DNA of 64,000 nt. Source: an uncultured Anaerolineales bacterium (GTDB lineage Bacteria; Chloroflexota; Anaerolineae; UBA4142; SHND01). Positions 36,507 through 46,530 of the stretch are shown in pieces. A model generated the notes under the pieces. The model searched no databases, was not told the DNA's origin, and worked only from the letters and a program-made list of their open reading frames with translations. The DNA lies in assembly GCA_964469005.1 (NCBI GenBank), contig CAYXXF010000021.1, positions 41,336 to 105,335 of the forward strand, read 5' to 3'. The stretch's first letter is position 1. Every line of letters begins with the position of its first letter. Both the position numbers and the translations under genes were made by a program.

Positions 36507-38168
36507 ATGAGTAAAGTATTTGTCATCGGTCTCGACGGCGCAACCTTCGATTTGATTCATCCGTTTATCGCGCAAGGTTTTCTTCCGAATCTCCAGTCTC
36601 TAATCTCTCTCGGTTCCTCCGCAGAATTATCATCCACCATTCCCCCCGTCACCGCGTCCGCGTGGACGAGCTTTATGACGGGAAAAAATCCCGGCAAGCA
36701 TGGGCTGTTTGATTTCATGCAGCGCCGCGAAAACTTGTACGACCTCGCACCCGTTTCAAGTTTCCATCGCGACGGCAAAGCAGTGTGGGAAATCGCGAGC
36801 GAACACGGGAAAAAATCTATCGTGATGGGTGTACCGGTCACCTATCCACCGACGCCGTTGAATGGATTGATAGTGACGGGGATGTTGACGCCGCGCGGCG
36901 CGGACGATTACACGTATCCTGCCGAATTGAAAACCGAAATCAGACAAGCGATTGGCGAATACGTTGTCTATTCCGACGAAGTGTATTCCAAAGGGCGCGG
37001 CGAAATTTTTTTGAACGCGTTACATTATTCGATTCAACAGCGCGCGAAAACAGCCGCGTATCTATTGCACAAATACGAATGGGATTTGGGAATTTTAGTT
37101 TTTCCCGAAACGGATACTGTATGTCACGGTTTGTGGTGGGCGTACGATGAAACACATCATCAACACAGGCAAGAAGATTTCACGAAATTTCAAAATGGTA
37201 TTCGCGACATTTATCGCGACATTGATGCATACATCGGTGAACTCGTCGCGTCGCTGCCAAACGATACGACTATTCTCGTCATGTCCGACCATGGACACGG
37301 ACCGCTGCGGAATTTTTTGTACGTCAACAATTTTCTAAAACAGCGTGGCTATTTGAAAATCAAAAACGCGCCCGCATCGCAAATCAAAAATCTCGCGTTC
37401 AACGCGGGACTCACGCCGCGCACCGCGTACGGGATGCTGCTCAACATGGGATTGGGAAAATTACGACGCACAATGGACAAACGGCGCGGTGGGCGCGGAC
37501 TATTGAAACGATTTTTTCTTTCGCTCAACGACGTAGATTGGGAAAACACGCGCGCGTACTCGATTGGCTATATTGGCGAAGTCCACGTTAACGTCAACGG
37601 ACGCGAACCGCGCGGCATTGTCGAACGCGGCGCAGAATACGAACGCGTGCGCGATGAATTGATTCAGGATTTGCGCGAATTGAAATTGCCAAATGGGGAA
37701 CCGTTGATTGAATACATTTGGAAAAAAGAAGAAATATATCACGGCGCGCATATAGACGACGCGCCTGACATATTATTTTTTCCGAAAAATTTAGAAACCA
37801 TTGCGTTCGGCGATTTTGAATTTGGCTCGAATAAAATTCTCGAACCTTCCTTCGGCGTTTCTTCTTCGCACCGCATGAATGGCATCCTTCTCGCACAAGG
37901 CGAGTCAATCAAACCCAATCACCCAATCACCCAATCGCCCAATTTGACCGACCTTGCGCCAACTATCTTGCACCTTCTCAATCTCCCAATCCCGTGCGAC
38001 ATGGACGGACGCGTGTTGAGTGAAATGTTTTTGGATGCGCGCGCGATTGAATACGGCGGCAGCGCGGAGTTGGAACGAGTGCGAGGTGACAAGCGCAGCG
38101 AAGCGTATTCGGAAGAGGACGAAGCACAAGTACTGGAACGCCTAAAAGATTTGGGGTATATCTCGTAA
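36507..38168 (+). CDS. Alkaline phosphatase-superfamily (type I phosphodiesterase/NPP) protein
   Basis: IGLDGATFD, STIPPVTASAWTSFMTGKNPGKHG, VMSDHG, SSHRMNG, DLAPTILHL. C-terminal YSEEDEAQVLERLKDLGYI. Confidence 0.9.
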   Translation: MSKVFVIGLDGATFDLIHPFIAQGFLPNLQSLISLGSSAELSSTIPPVTASAWTSFMTGKNPGKHGLFDFMQRRENLYDLAPVSSFHRDGKAVWEIASEHGKKSIVMGVPVTYPPTPLNGLIVTGMLTPRGADDYTYPAELKTEIRQAIGEYVVYSDEVYSKGRGEIFLNALHYSIQQRAKTAAYLLHKYEWDLGILVFPETDTVCHGLWWAYDETHHQHRQEDFTKFQNGIRDIYRDIDAYIGELVASLPNDTTILVMSDHGHGPLRNFLYVNNFLKQRGYLKIKNAPASQIKNLAFNAGLTPRTAYGMLLNMGLGKLRRTMDKRRGGRGLLKRFFLSLNDVDWENTRAYSIGYIGEVHVNVNGREPRGIVERGAEYERVRDELIQDLRELKLPNGEPLIEYIWKKEEIYHGAHIDDAPDILFFPKNLETIAFGDFEFGSNKILEPSFGVSSSHRMNGILLAQGESIKPNHPITQSPNLTDLAPTILHLLNLPIPCDMDGRVLSEMFLDARAIEYGGSAELERVRGDKRSEAYSEEDEAQVLERLKDLGYIS

Positions 38169-38551
38169 TGGCAGAAGAATTAACGCACAAACATTTCGAA
38201 GGGCGCTGGATTGGCGAGACGATGGAGTGTGAGAGTCCCGCGCATTTGTGGCACATTCGTTTGCGCGGCAAGTGGATTGAGATTGAGACGGTGTGGGAAG
38301 GACACGAAACGATTGGCGCGCCGATGCGCTGTGATTTAATTCCAAATGAACCCGCGTTTGCAATTCCAACGGAGCATCACGACTTTCGCGCAGTGCTCGT
38401 TGAACCGCAGCATTTCATCATTGCGGGCTGGGACACGAACGACATGCGCGGAGGGCAAGGTCCAAATTATGATGTTGTCTTTTCGCGTCCGGGGCTTTCG
38501 GAATTGAACGCGCGGCGAGTGTGGGAGGAATGGAAAGAGAATCAAGCGTGA
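38168..38551 (+). CDS. Hypothetical protein
   Basis: 127 aa, start overlaps the upstream stop, host-like codon usage. Confidence 0.6.
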   Translation: MAEELTHKHFEGRWIGETMECESPAHLWHIRLRGKWIEIETVWEGHETIGAPMRCDLIPNEPAFAIPTEHHDFRAVLVEPQHFIIAGWDTNDMRGGQGPNYDVVFSRPGLSELNARRVWEEWKENQA

Positions 38552-38601
38552 AACGTCAAATGTCGTTAAACAAAATTGACGCTTGACGTTTGACTTTTGA
38601 C
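38542..38601. repeat. Inverted heptamer array between convergent genes
   Basis: CAAGCGT GAAACGT CAAATGT, then GCTTGAC GTTTGAC TTTTGAC. Confidence 0.6.
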
Positions 38602-39768
38602 GAACGGAGTGGTTTGCGTTCGCAACAACTTCACCGCTTCCCCGAACGGAAATTTTTCCACATCCAATCCACCGGGCTGCACAACCCACAACACGGGACA
38701 ACGCGGCGCGCGTTCGGGAAAAGTGCCATAACCATCTGTTAGATAAATCGCGACCGTTTGATTGTGCAAAAAACGATGTGTGGCAATGCGCGCGAAAAAT
38801 GGACGAAAGTCCGTTCCGCCGCCGCCGATTGGTTTTGGCAACGGCGCGCCAATTTTTAACGGAAACGGTCCATGCAATTCCGCGTCGGCGAAAAATAATT
38901 CACATTCGAGATGTGGATACGCGCGCAAAATCCCCAACACTTCGCCGAGAAAAACTTGCAACTCGGTATCGTCCACCGAACCGCTCGTATCCACACACAC
39001 CAACACACGCACCGATTCCCCATCAATCGTATCGAGATATACGCCGCGTCCCACAAAGCGGCGGTCGAAATTAGAAAAATCCGTCGGCGTCTGCGTCAGG
39101 TAGCGCCACAAGTACGTGCGCCAATCGAGTTGCGTCTGCGTCGCACTTTTCAGTTCGCGCAAAATGCCTGCGGGAACATCGCCGACGCGATTTGCTTGCG
39201 CGACCATTTGCGCTTGCTCGAGCGCGTTTTTCCAGAAACCATCCGCTTGTTCGCGCGATTTTTTCCCGTCACCCGCTTTGCTCATCCCTGCGCGTTTTTC
39301 ACTTGCATCATCAGGCGCGTCGTCCAACAAATCGGCAATGAGCGGCGGCGGCAAATTCGCGTCGCGCAATAATTTTTCATACACCTCTTCGACGGCGAGA
39401 TGTTCAAAGCGCGTGTCGCGCACGCGTTGTTCGGGCAGCGTCCATCCTTCTTTCAAAATAATTCCATTGACTACAATATCCGCCGCGATATTCCACAATT
39501 TCGGGTCGCGTCCCGCGCGGCGCGAGACATGCGTGAGCGCGGCATGTAAAACTTCGTGCAACAATACGCCGTCTTGTTCCGCGCTTGATAATGAATTCCA
39601 AAACTCGGGATTGATGTACACAGCAGTCCCGTCTGTCGCCGCAGTGGGAATTTCGTTGCTCGCTTCTAAACGCGCGTGCAAAGCCAGCGCGGCAAAGAAC
39701 GCGCTCTTGTTGGTGATTCGCAAAAGCGATGCAGAAAGTTTGCGTTTGAGAGTTGAATCGAGTCGCAT
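38566..39768 (-). CDS. vWA-domain protein with N-terminal HEXXH putative metallopeptidase (DUF2201-type)
   Basis: PTAATDG..YINP.F, LLHEVLHAALTH, WNIAADIVVN. MIDAS motifs VDTSGS, GGGGTDFRP, YLTDGYG. Start reassigned to MRLDST. Confidence 0.88.
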   Translation of the reverse strand: MRLDSTLKRKLSASLLRITNKSAFFAALALHARLEASNEIPTAATDGTAVYINPEFWNSLSSAEQDGVLLHEVLHAALTHVSRRAGRDPKLWNIAADIVVNGIILKEGWTLPEQRVRDTRFEHLAVEEVYEKLLRDANLPPPLIADLLDDAPDDASEKRAGMSKAGDGKKSREQADGFWKNALEQAQMVAQANRVGDVPAGILRELKSATQTQLDWRTYLWRYLTQTPTDFSNFDRRFVGRGVYLDTIDGESVRVLVCVDTSGSVDDTELQVFLGEVLGILRAYPHLECELFFADAELHGPFPLKIGAPLPKPIGGGGTDFRPFFARIATHRFLHNQTVAIYLTDGYGTFPERAPRCPVLWVVQPGGLDVEKFPFGEAVKLLRTQTTPFVKSQTSSVNFV

Positions 39769-39788
39769 GAAATTTAGATACCGCGAAT

Positions 39789-40805
39789 CTAACCGATGCT
39801 TGATGCCTCGCCCATCAATCGCTGATACTCGTCCATCCACGTTTGCATTTCGGAATCTTGCGCGATGAGTTTTTGCAACTCGCGCATTTGTTTTTGCGCG
39901 CGCAGTTTGCGTAACAAATCCGTCGCGCACAATTGCACCCATTCGAGCGGCGCGTTGTGCGCGAGCCATTTCAACGCGTGAAAACCGCGCGTGGCGTCAT
40001 CACTGCGCGCGACCAAGCCAACGACAATCGCGTAACGCAACGAAGGTTCTTCGGGAAATTTTATCTGCGCGCCATTGCCACTCAACACTTGCTGCAAATC
40101 GGGTAAATCGCGATAGAGCGCGATGTACGCGTCAAATTCCGTTGCCGCGCCAATGCCCACAGCCGACGCGACGTTCAAGCCTGCGCGATGCAATGCGTTC
40201 GCCATTTCCCAAGAACGCGGCGAGGGCCACGCAGGCAATTGCGGGTCGAGTTTGTGCAAGAGTTCGGGACGAAACGAAAGGAACGCGATGATTTGTTCGT
40301 GAAATTTTTTCGCGAGCGCGTAATTTTTGAAACTTTCAAAATCGGGATGTACGTCGAGATGAATGAAACGGTTCGCCAATGGCGCGGGCATGTCAAACAC
40401 GGCGGCGCGGTCTTCGCTCCGGTTGCCTGCCGCCCAAATATACCAATTTTTTGGAACGACATAACTGCCGACGCGACGGTCCAAAATCAATTGCTGCGCC
40501 ATGCCTTGCATCGTGGGCGGCGCAAGATTGATTTCGTCGAGAAACAAAACGCCCGCGCCACTGCGCGGCAAAAATTCGGGCGGATACCAACGCGAAATTC
40601 CTTTGGACGCGACGGGCAAACCGCGCAAATCGGTTGGGGCTAGCTGCGATAATCGCAAATCAATAAACACGAGTTTATGCGCCCGCGCGGTTTGCGCGAC
40701 GATGGACGATTTGCCAATCCCGGGCGGTCCCCAAATCATGGTGGATAATTTTATTTTGTTGCGAACGAGTTGGTCGAGATACGATGAGAGTTCGGCGGGT
40801 TTCAT
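39789..40805 (-). CDS. MoxR-like AAA+ ATPase
   Basis: WGPPGIGKS, DLRLSQL.PTDLRGLP, VLFLDEINLA, AAGNR, PAPLANRF, PSPRSWE. Confidence 0.9.
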   Translation of the reverse strand: MKPAELSSYLDQLVRNKIKLSTMIWGPPGIGKSSIVAQTARAHKLVFIDLRLSQLAPTDLRGLPVASKGISRWYPPEFLPRSGAGVLFLDEINLAPPTMQGMAQQLILDRRVGSYVVPKNWYIWAAGNRSEDRAAVFDMPAPLANRFIHLDVHPDFESFKNYALAKKFHEQIIAFLSFRPELLHKLDPQLPAWPSPRSWEMANALHRAGLNVASAVGIGAATEFDAYIALYRDLPDLQQVLSGNGAQIKFPEEPSLRYAIVVGLVARSDDATRGFHALKWLAHNAPLEWVQLCATDLLRKLRAQKQMRELQKLIAQDSEMQTWMDEYQRLMGEASSIG

Positions 40806-40812
40806 GCGTGAC

Positions 40813-41976
40813 TTATGACCCTTTCACATATTTATTGAAAAATTCTATCGTGCGCTGCATTGCGGTCCCGAAATTTTGCGAAATGTTGTGATTGTCACCG
40901 CGATACAAATACAATTCAGAGTTACCATCCACTGCAAGAATTTGTTCATTCAACAATTCCGAAAAGAGAACGGGAACGGAGGTATCGGCAGTACCGTGAT
41001 GCAATTGAATCGGCGCGGACAATTCCGCAAGATAGGAATTGGCGGAAATCGAATTCCAAAATTCGGGATTCTCTTGCGGCGTGCCGTACATTTCTTGCAA
41101 TTCGTCGCGCCAACGGCGCTGCGTTGAACCACTCGGCGGCACACTCGACGCACTGCCGCTCGATGGACGACGCCAGCGCGAAATCAAATCGGGATACGAT
41201 GCGACGACGCCTGCCCAAATCGAACCCGCTTTGATGCTCGGGTCAATCACCATTGCACGCAGCGTGATGTAACCGCCCATCGAATGTCCCCACATGCCGA
41301 TACGATTTGGGTCCGCGTCAGGAAATTTTTTCATGGTTCCCACCGCGTTCAACACATCAACCGTGTAATCGGGCGAACCGTAACCGCCACGCGCGTCGCC
41401 TTCGGAATTGCCGTGACCGCGATAATCGGAACGAAACACAATGTACCCACTGCGCGCGATGCGGTCAACGTAATCTACGTAACGTTCGGTGGTACGATAT
41501 TGTGTGGGCGGAATATAACCATGATTGAAAATGATTACGGGGAAACCTGTTTCAGGTTTCGCGCCGCGCGGCACGGTGAGCAGTGCGTAAATTTTCAAAC
41601 CATCCGATTGGTACGACGCAAGATAGCGATTGTAATTGGAACCGGGTGTGAGTGTTTGTTCGATGACAACGTCACTGCCGGGATAGTCGCGCGCGCGTCC
41701 AACGGAAATCATTAACGGATGTTGTGGCGTCGCGGTCGGTTGCGGTGTCTGTGTTGGCGCGCGAGTTTCGGTTGGTTGAAGCGTGTTCGTCGGATTGGCG
41801 TCAGATTCAGCGGTGGGATTGGAAACGGAATGAGTGGCTTGTGCAGGCGCAGATGTGGCAATAATCGCAGCGCGCGTGGGCACTGCAAGCGGTGTTAATT
41901 CTGTCGAACATGCCGCGAGAATGAGACCGAGTGCTACAAGTAGAAAAACAATTGGCGTACGAAAAAAGCCGCGCAT
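40813..41976 (-). CDS. Lipoprotein alpha/beta hydrolase (S9-like)
   Basis: Lipobox ILAAC, P/T-rich linker, GMWGHSMGG nucleophile motif, HHGTADTSV, DNHN. Confidence 0.88.
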   Translation of the reverse strand: MRGFFRTPIVFLLVALGLILAACSTELTPLAVPTRAAIIATSAPAQATHSVSNPTAESDANPTNTLQPTETRAPTQTPQPTATPQHPLMISVGRARDYPGSDVVIEQTLTPGSNYNRYLASYQSDGLKIYALLTVPRGAKPETGFPVIIFNHGYIPPTQYRTTERYVDYVDRIARSGYIVFRSDYRGHGNSEGDARGGYGSPDYTVDVLNAVGTMKKFPDADPNRIGMWGHSMGGYITLRAMVIDPSIKAGSIWAGVVASYPDLISRWRRPSSGSASSVPPSGSTQRRWRDELQEMYGTPQENPEFWNSISANSYLAELSAPIQLHHGTADTSVPVLFSELLNEQILAVDGNSELYLYRGDNHNISQNFGTAMQRTIEFFNKYVKGS

Positions 41977-42055
41977 AAATTACCTCGCTGGCGAAGCGCT
42001 GCAAGTGTAGTGTGATTCGCATATTTAGCAAATGGATTTTACGGCGAGATGAAAA

Positions 42056-44053
42056 TTGGATGAGGAGAAAGCGGTCGGGGCTTTTGTCCAATCGGTTGAC
42101 TCGAATATAATGTCAAGCGTGGTTGCCAAGTTTGCGCGGCTCAAACAGCAAATTGAGCCGCGTTTTGATTTTTACGTTTGTATTGCGCTTGTGCTCGCCA
42201 CGTTTGTGGTGTATGTGCGAACGCTCACGCCGGGCGTTCTCGACGGCGACAGCGGTGAGTGGCAATACATGGCAAACATTCTCGGCGTTCCACACTCGAC
42301 GGGCTATCCGCTTTACATTCTTCTGGCAAAAATCGTTACGTTCCTTCCCTTTGGCAATCCCGCGTGGCGCGTAAATTTGTTTTCGGCAATTTGCGCGGCG
42401 TGTACGATTCCCGTTGTTTATTTACTAGCAAAACGCATTTCTAAATTTCGCGTCGCCGCGATTCTTGCCGCGACATTTTTCGCGTTCATGCCGACACTGT
42501 GGGCATCGGCGACGATTGCGGAGGTGTACGCGTTGAATACGCTGCTCGTCGCGCTCACGCTTTATTTTGCAATTCGTTTTTTTGATAATGGACACACACG
42601 CGATTTGTATTTGATGGCAGTGTGTTTTGGGCTCGCACTCACGAATCATCGTATCGCGTTTTTTGTTCTCCCTGCCCTGCTATTGATAATTTGGCTCAAG
42701 CGTAGCGTTTTCGATATGCGAAAGATTGCTTTCGCAGCGCTCGCGTTTTTGATTCCACTTGCGCTGTATTTGTATATTCCGCTGCGCGCGTCGCAATTGC
42801 TCGCCGAGCAATCGCCCGAAAATTGGGAATTGTATCCGCGCGCACAAGCCATTGTGAACGGAAAAATTACGGCGTATTACAATCATACGCCCGCAGGATT
42901 TTTCAATCTTGTCACTGCGCTCGACAATCGCAACAAATTGGGGTTTGAAAACGCGGACGGTGAAAATCAAACGCTCGCGCGTTTCGAGAACGCGTGGAAT
43001 CTTTTGCGCGAACAGATTGACCCGTTCGGCATCGCGCTCGCGTTATTGGGGATTGTAATTTTGTTGCGACGCGAACGCGCGTTGGCAATTGTGCTGCTGG
43101 TTGTCGCGGCGAGTGTTGGCGCAGTGTCCATTGTGCTGCGCGCGGAATCTACGCGGTTTTATTTCAGCGGCGCGTATTTGGCAATGGTATTGGTTTTTGC
43201 GGTAGGTGTCGGCTGGAGTCTGCAAAAACTAAAGGAGCGCGCTTCAGAGCAAAATGAGCTATTGATGCGCGGGTTGTATTACGCGGCGATTTTCTTTTTC
43301 GCGTTTTTTCCGTTCACCGCGTTGGTTTTCAATTTTCCCAAAATGGACCAGAGCGCAAATACCAAATATGACGCATATGCGCGCGATGTGTTGAATGACA
43401 ATCTCGCGCCCAATGCAGTCCTCATCGCGCCGTGGGAAGTGGCGACGCCGATTCGCTATTTCCAATACGTCGAAAACATTCGTCCCGATGTGTTGACGAT
43501 TCACGAATCGCCCGTGCGCCCGCAATATCAAAAACTTTATAACGCCGCGCACAAGTTAGGGCGTCCATTTTATTACGCACAATTTTCGCCCGAAGACAAA
43601 CGCAGTGACGAACCGCGCACAATTCAAGCGATTGCGTTTCCGCTTGCGGAAAAACCGCGCGCGCAGAATGAATTGAATGTTGCATTAAACGACGCGGTGC
43701 GCGTGATTGGCTATGATTGGATTCAAACAGGAAACGTCGCGCGGCTCGCGTTGTACTATCAAGTGGTGAAAACGACGCGCACGGAATATGTAATTGAAGT
43801 GGAAGTGGGCGACCCGCAGGAAGAGACGCGCGGCTATTGGTCAAAGCATCCCCTCAGCGAATACCACCCGACATATCTTTGGCAAGCGGGAGAGTTTTAT
43901 CGAGATGTGTATGATGTGGTACTCGACAAGAATGCGCCGAGTGGGGCTTATGTTGCTGACGTGACGTGGTTCGCGTATGATTCGGTCACAGGCAAGCGCG
44001 ATGAAACAAGCGCGAAAACATTTCGTCTCAGCGGTCTGCAAATTATCAAGTGA
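42056..44053 (+). CDS. DUF2723-family GT-C membrane protein (protein O-mannosyltransferase-like) with C-terminal Ig-like domain
   Basis: GDSGEWQ, GVPHSTGYPLY, AWRVNLFSA, AEVYALN, GLALTNHR, YLYIPLRA. True start probably near 42110-42119. Confidence 0.85.
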   Translation: MDEEKAVGAFVQSVDSNIMSSVVAKFARLKQQIEPRFDFYVCIALVLATFVVYVRTLTPGVLDGDSGEWQYMANILGVPHSTGYPLYILLAKIVTFLPFGNPAWRVNLFSAICAACTIPVVYLLAKRISKFRVAAILAATFFAFMPTLWASATIAEVYALNTLLVALTLYFAIRFFDNGHTRDLYLMAVCFGLALTNHRIAFFVLPALLLIIWLKRSVFDMRKIAFAALAFLIPLALYLYIPLRASQLLAEQSPENWELYPRAQAIVNGKITAYYNHTPAGFFNLVTALDNRNKLGFENADGENQTLARFENAWNLLREQIDPFGIALALLGIVILLRRERALAIVLLVVAASVGAVSIVLRAESTRFYFSGAYLAMVLVFAVGVGWSLQKLKERASEQNELLMRGLYYAAIFFFAFFPFTALVFNFPKMDQSANTKYDAYARDVLNDNLAPNAVLIAPWEVATPIRYFQYVENIRPDVLTIHESPVRPQYQKLYNAAHKLGRPFYYAQFSPEDKRSDEPRTIQAIAFPLAEKPRAQNELNVALNDAVRVIGYDWIQTGNVARLALYYQVVKTTRTEYVIEVEVGDPQEETRGYWSKHPLSEYHPTYLWQAGEFYRDVYDVVLDKNAPSGAYVADVTWFAYDSVTGKRDETSAKTFRLSGLQIIK

Positions 44054-44093
44054 TGGATAGATACGAACCCGTATTCAAATTTCGTAAAATCAG

Positions 44094-44122
44094 TTGACAC
44101 TACGATTTAACTATGCTAAGTT
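44094..44122 (+). promoter_or_regulatory. sigma70-type promoter upstream of the B12 radical SAM gene
   Basis: TTGACA (44094-44099), 17-nt spacer, TAAGTT with an upstream TG. Confidence 0.5.
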
Positions 44123-44339
44123 GATGGGGATGTTCCTCTCACCCAACAGTCCTGAATGGGTATCTGCCTTTTTTGGGATGTGTGCGTTTCTACTGACGCC
44201 CTCTTAGACATCCTTGGTTGTGCTGAACAAATCAAGGGGTTCACCTTTATCCCGTAGTCACTCAATCAAGCTTTAGCCACGTGCGCCACCGCAAGCTTTT
44301 TGATTGCGGCGCGTCGTTGTTTCTCTCTCAAAGGAGCTC

Positions 44340-45683
44340 ATGGTCATGGATGTCGAACGAATCATCTTAATCCAACCGCGTCATGCCGGACGAATCTTTC
44401 GCAAAGCCGCCGGTTCGCCGTACACCCTAATGCGCCTTGCTTCAATGGTCCCGCAGGAAATTCCTGTAGAAATTTGGGACGAAAATTTGGGCGACCTCAA
44501 TTTTGCGCGTTTCACTCCGCAGACCCTTGTCGGCATTAGCAGCATGACATTGACCATTGACCGCGCGCGAGAAATCGCAATGCAGGCGCGGTCGCGCGGC
44601 AGTAAGGTTGTGGCAGGCGGCGTGCACGCAACGCTTGTCCCGGACGAAGTAGAAACATGGGCAGACGCCGTTGTGGTTGGCGAAGCGTATCACACATGGG
44701 AGCGCATCATTCACGATTTTTCAAACGGACAACTGGAAAAGCGCTACGTGGATGAATCCTGGGCGACGCTGGACCATCTTGTGCCGATTTCGCAGCGCGT
44801 CATCGATTCTGTGCAAGAGCATCGGCATTATTGGACCCCTTCGCTTGAAATTACACGCGGTTGTCCGCGTGATTGCACCTTTTGTACGGCGATTCGCGTC
44901 TCGGGCAAAGTGATGCGACATCGCCCGATTGACCAAATTGTTGAAGAGATTGAACGTCGTCAGCTGAAACGCTTTTTTTTGACCGACGATAATTTCGGTT
45001 TGAATTTTCGCACGCACCCCGCCTACATGGAAGAATTGTTTCGCACGCTCGAAAAATTGCCGCTCAACGCGTGGACGGCGCAAGCCGAAATGATGATTGG
45101 GGAATTTCCCGACATGCTCGAAATGGCGCGCCGCGCGCACGTGGATAAATTTTTTGTCGGCTTTGAATCCATCAATCCGAACAACCGTCGCGATTTGGGC
45201 GGCAAAACCAAAGGGCAAATCAGCGATATGCAACGCGTGGTAAAAAATATCCACGCCAAAGGTCTGGGAATTGTCGGACTCTTTGTGGTCGGTTTTGACC
45301 ATGACACGGTGGATGTGTTTCAAAACACGTGGGATTTTATTCGTGAAACAGAATTTGATGGCGTGAGTATTACAACGCTTACGCCATTTCCCGGCACGCC
45401 GCAGCGCGCGGCATTAATTGAACAAGGTCGTTTGTTCACAAATGTACCTTGGCGGCACTATGACACTTCGCATGTGACCTTTCAACCTGCGCTCATGACA
45501 GCAGACCAATTGCGCGAAGGATATGATTGGCTTTGCCGCAAGGTTTATTCGTCACGTTCGATTACCGAACGCGGACTGCGCGCATGGCGACGCCATCCTT
45601 GGCAGCGCGCGCGCGCCAAAGCATTTTCGAGTTTCAGCACGGACATTGGATACCGCAAAGCGTATGCGTTTCGTTCCGCGTGA
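44340..45683 (+). CDS. B12-binding-domain radical SAM protein
   Basis: VVAGGVHATL, VVVGEAY, EITRGCPRDCTFC, FLTDDNF, FVGFES, FVVGFDHD, LTPFPGT. AAGGAG RBS. Confidence 0.9.
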   Translation: MVMDVERIILIQPRHAGRIFRKAAGSPYTLMRLASMVPQEIPVEIWDENLGDLNFARFTPQTLVGISSMTLTIDRAREIAMQARSRGSKVVAGGVHATLVPDEVETWADAVVVGEAYHTWERIIHDFSNGQLEKRYVDESWATLDHLVPISQRVIDSVQEHRHYWTPSLEITRGCPRDCTFCTAIRVSGKVMRHRPIDQIVEEIERRQLKRFFLTDDNFGLNFRTHPAYMEELFRTLEKLPLNAWTAQAEMMIGEFPDMLEMARRAHVDKFFVGFESINPNNRRDLGGKTKGQISDMQRVVKNIHAKGLGIVGLFVVGFDHDTVDVFQNTWDFIRETEFDGVSITTLTPFPGTPQRAALIEQGRLFTNVPWRHYDTSHVTFQPALMTADQLREGYDWLCRKVYSSRSITERGLRAWRRHPWQRARAKAFSSFSTDIGYRKAYAFRSA

Positions 45684-45786
45684 TGCGGTACAGATTATTG
45701 ACGAAATGCGTCAATTCAGATAAAAAAAGCATCGCGTCGTTGACCAAGCGGCGCGATGCTTTTGTTTGTCAACCGACCAACAGCAT

Positions 45787-46503
45787 TTATACGTCGGGTT
45801 CGATTTGGGTCACCACATCCTGCAAAGCGCGTTTTTCCACGCGCTGTCGGACCCAATTTCCGAAAAGAGAAATCAGCAACATTGCGCCGATTAAAATAAA
45901 AACCCATTGCAGCCCGAACGCTTCAAAGTTTGCACCAAGATACGTCGAGAGAATAATGCCCGGCAAACGTCCGAGCAACACAAGCAGCATAAAGCGGCGA
46001 AACGAGAGTGTGGTAAGACCTGCGATAAAATAAAAAACATCGGCGGTAGGCGCGAGCATGAGCAAGAACCAGGTAAAGGACGAATTGACTGCCGATAAAC
46101 TGCGCCAGCGTTCCAGCCAAGATTGCGGCGCGAGTTTTTCAATCAACGGCATTCCAAAACGACGCGCAAGCAAAAAGCCGAGCGCGGAACCGATTAAAAT
46201 TCCTGTGATGGAATAGAGTGCCGCAATCGGTCCAAACACAAAACCCGCGGCATACGCGAGCGCCGCGCCGGGAATCGGCGCGATGACAATTTGCGCGGCG
46301 TACACCAAAATATAAACGATGTGCGCCAACGCGCCATATTTGGGCAATTCCGTCCGCGCTTGTTCGCCGAGCAGGTAAAGCCATTCAAACGGATTGACCG
46401 GCAGCCAGCCAATCCGAACGAGCAAATAATATCCTGACGCGACTGCGCCGACGAGCGCAAGACGCGGCAGCCACACCCGCAAATCAATGTTTCCCAGTTT
46501 CAT
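45787..46503 (-). CDS. TVP38/TMEM64 (VTT/DedA-superfamily) membrane protein
   Basis: QIVIAPIPG, AGFVFG, GSALGFLLARRFG, FYFIAGLT.LSFRRF..L.GRLPG. Confidence 0.88.
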   Translation of the reverse strand: MKLGNIDLRVWLPRLALVGAVASGYYLLVRIGWLPVNPFEWLYLLGEQARTELPKYGALAHIVYILVYAAQIVIAPIPGAALAYAAGFVFGPIAALYSITGILIGSALGFLLARRFGMPLIEKLAPQSWLERWRSLSAVNSSFTWFLLMLAPTADVFYFIAGLTTLSFRRFMLLVLLGRLPGIILSTYLGANFEAFGLQWVFILIGAMLLISLFGNWVRQRVEKRALQDVVTQIEPDV

Positions 46504-46530
46504 AGCTTGTTATTATACGGTTCAACTGAA

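Noticed and set aside
44123-44339. Cobalamin riboswitch upstream of the B12 radical SAM gene
   Set aside because: I could not find the conserved B12-box or core motifs by eye.
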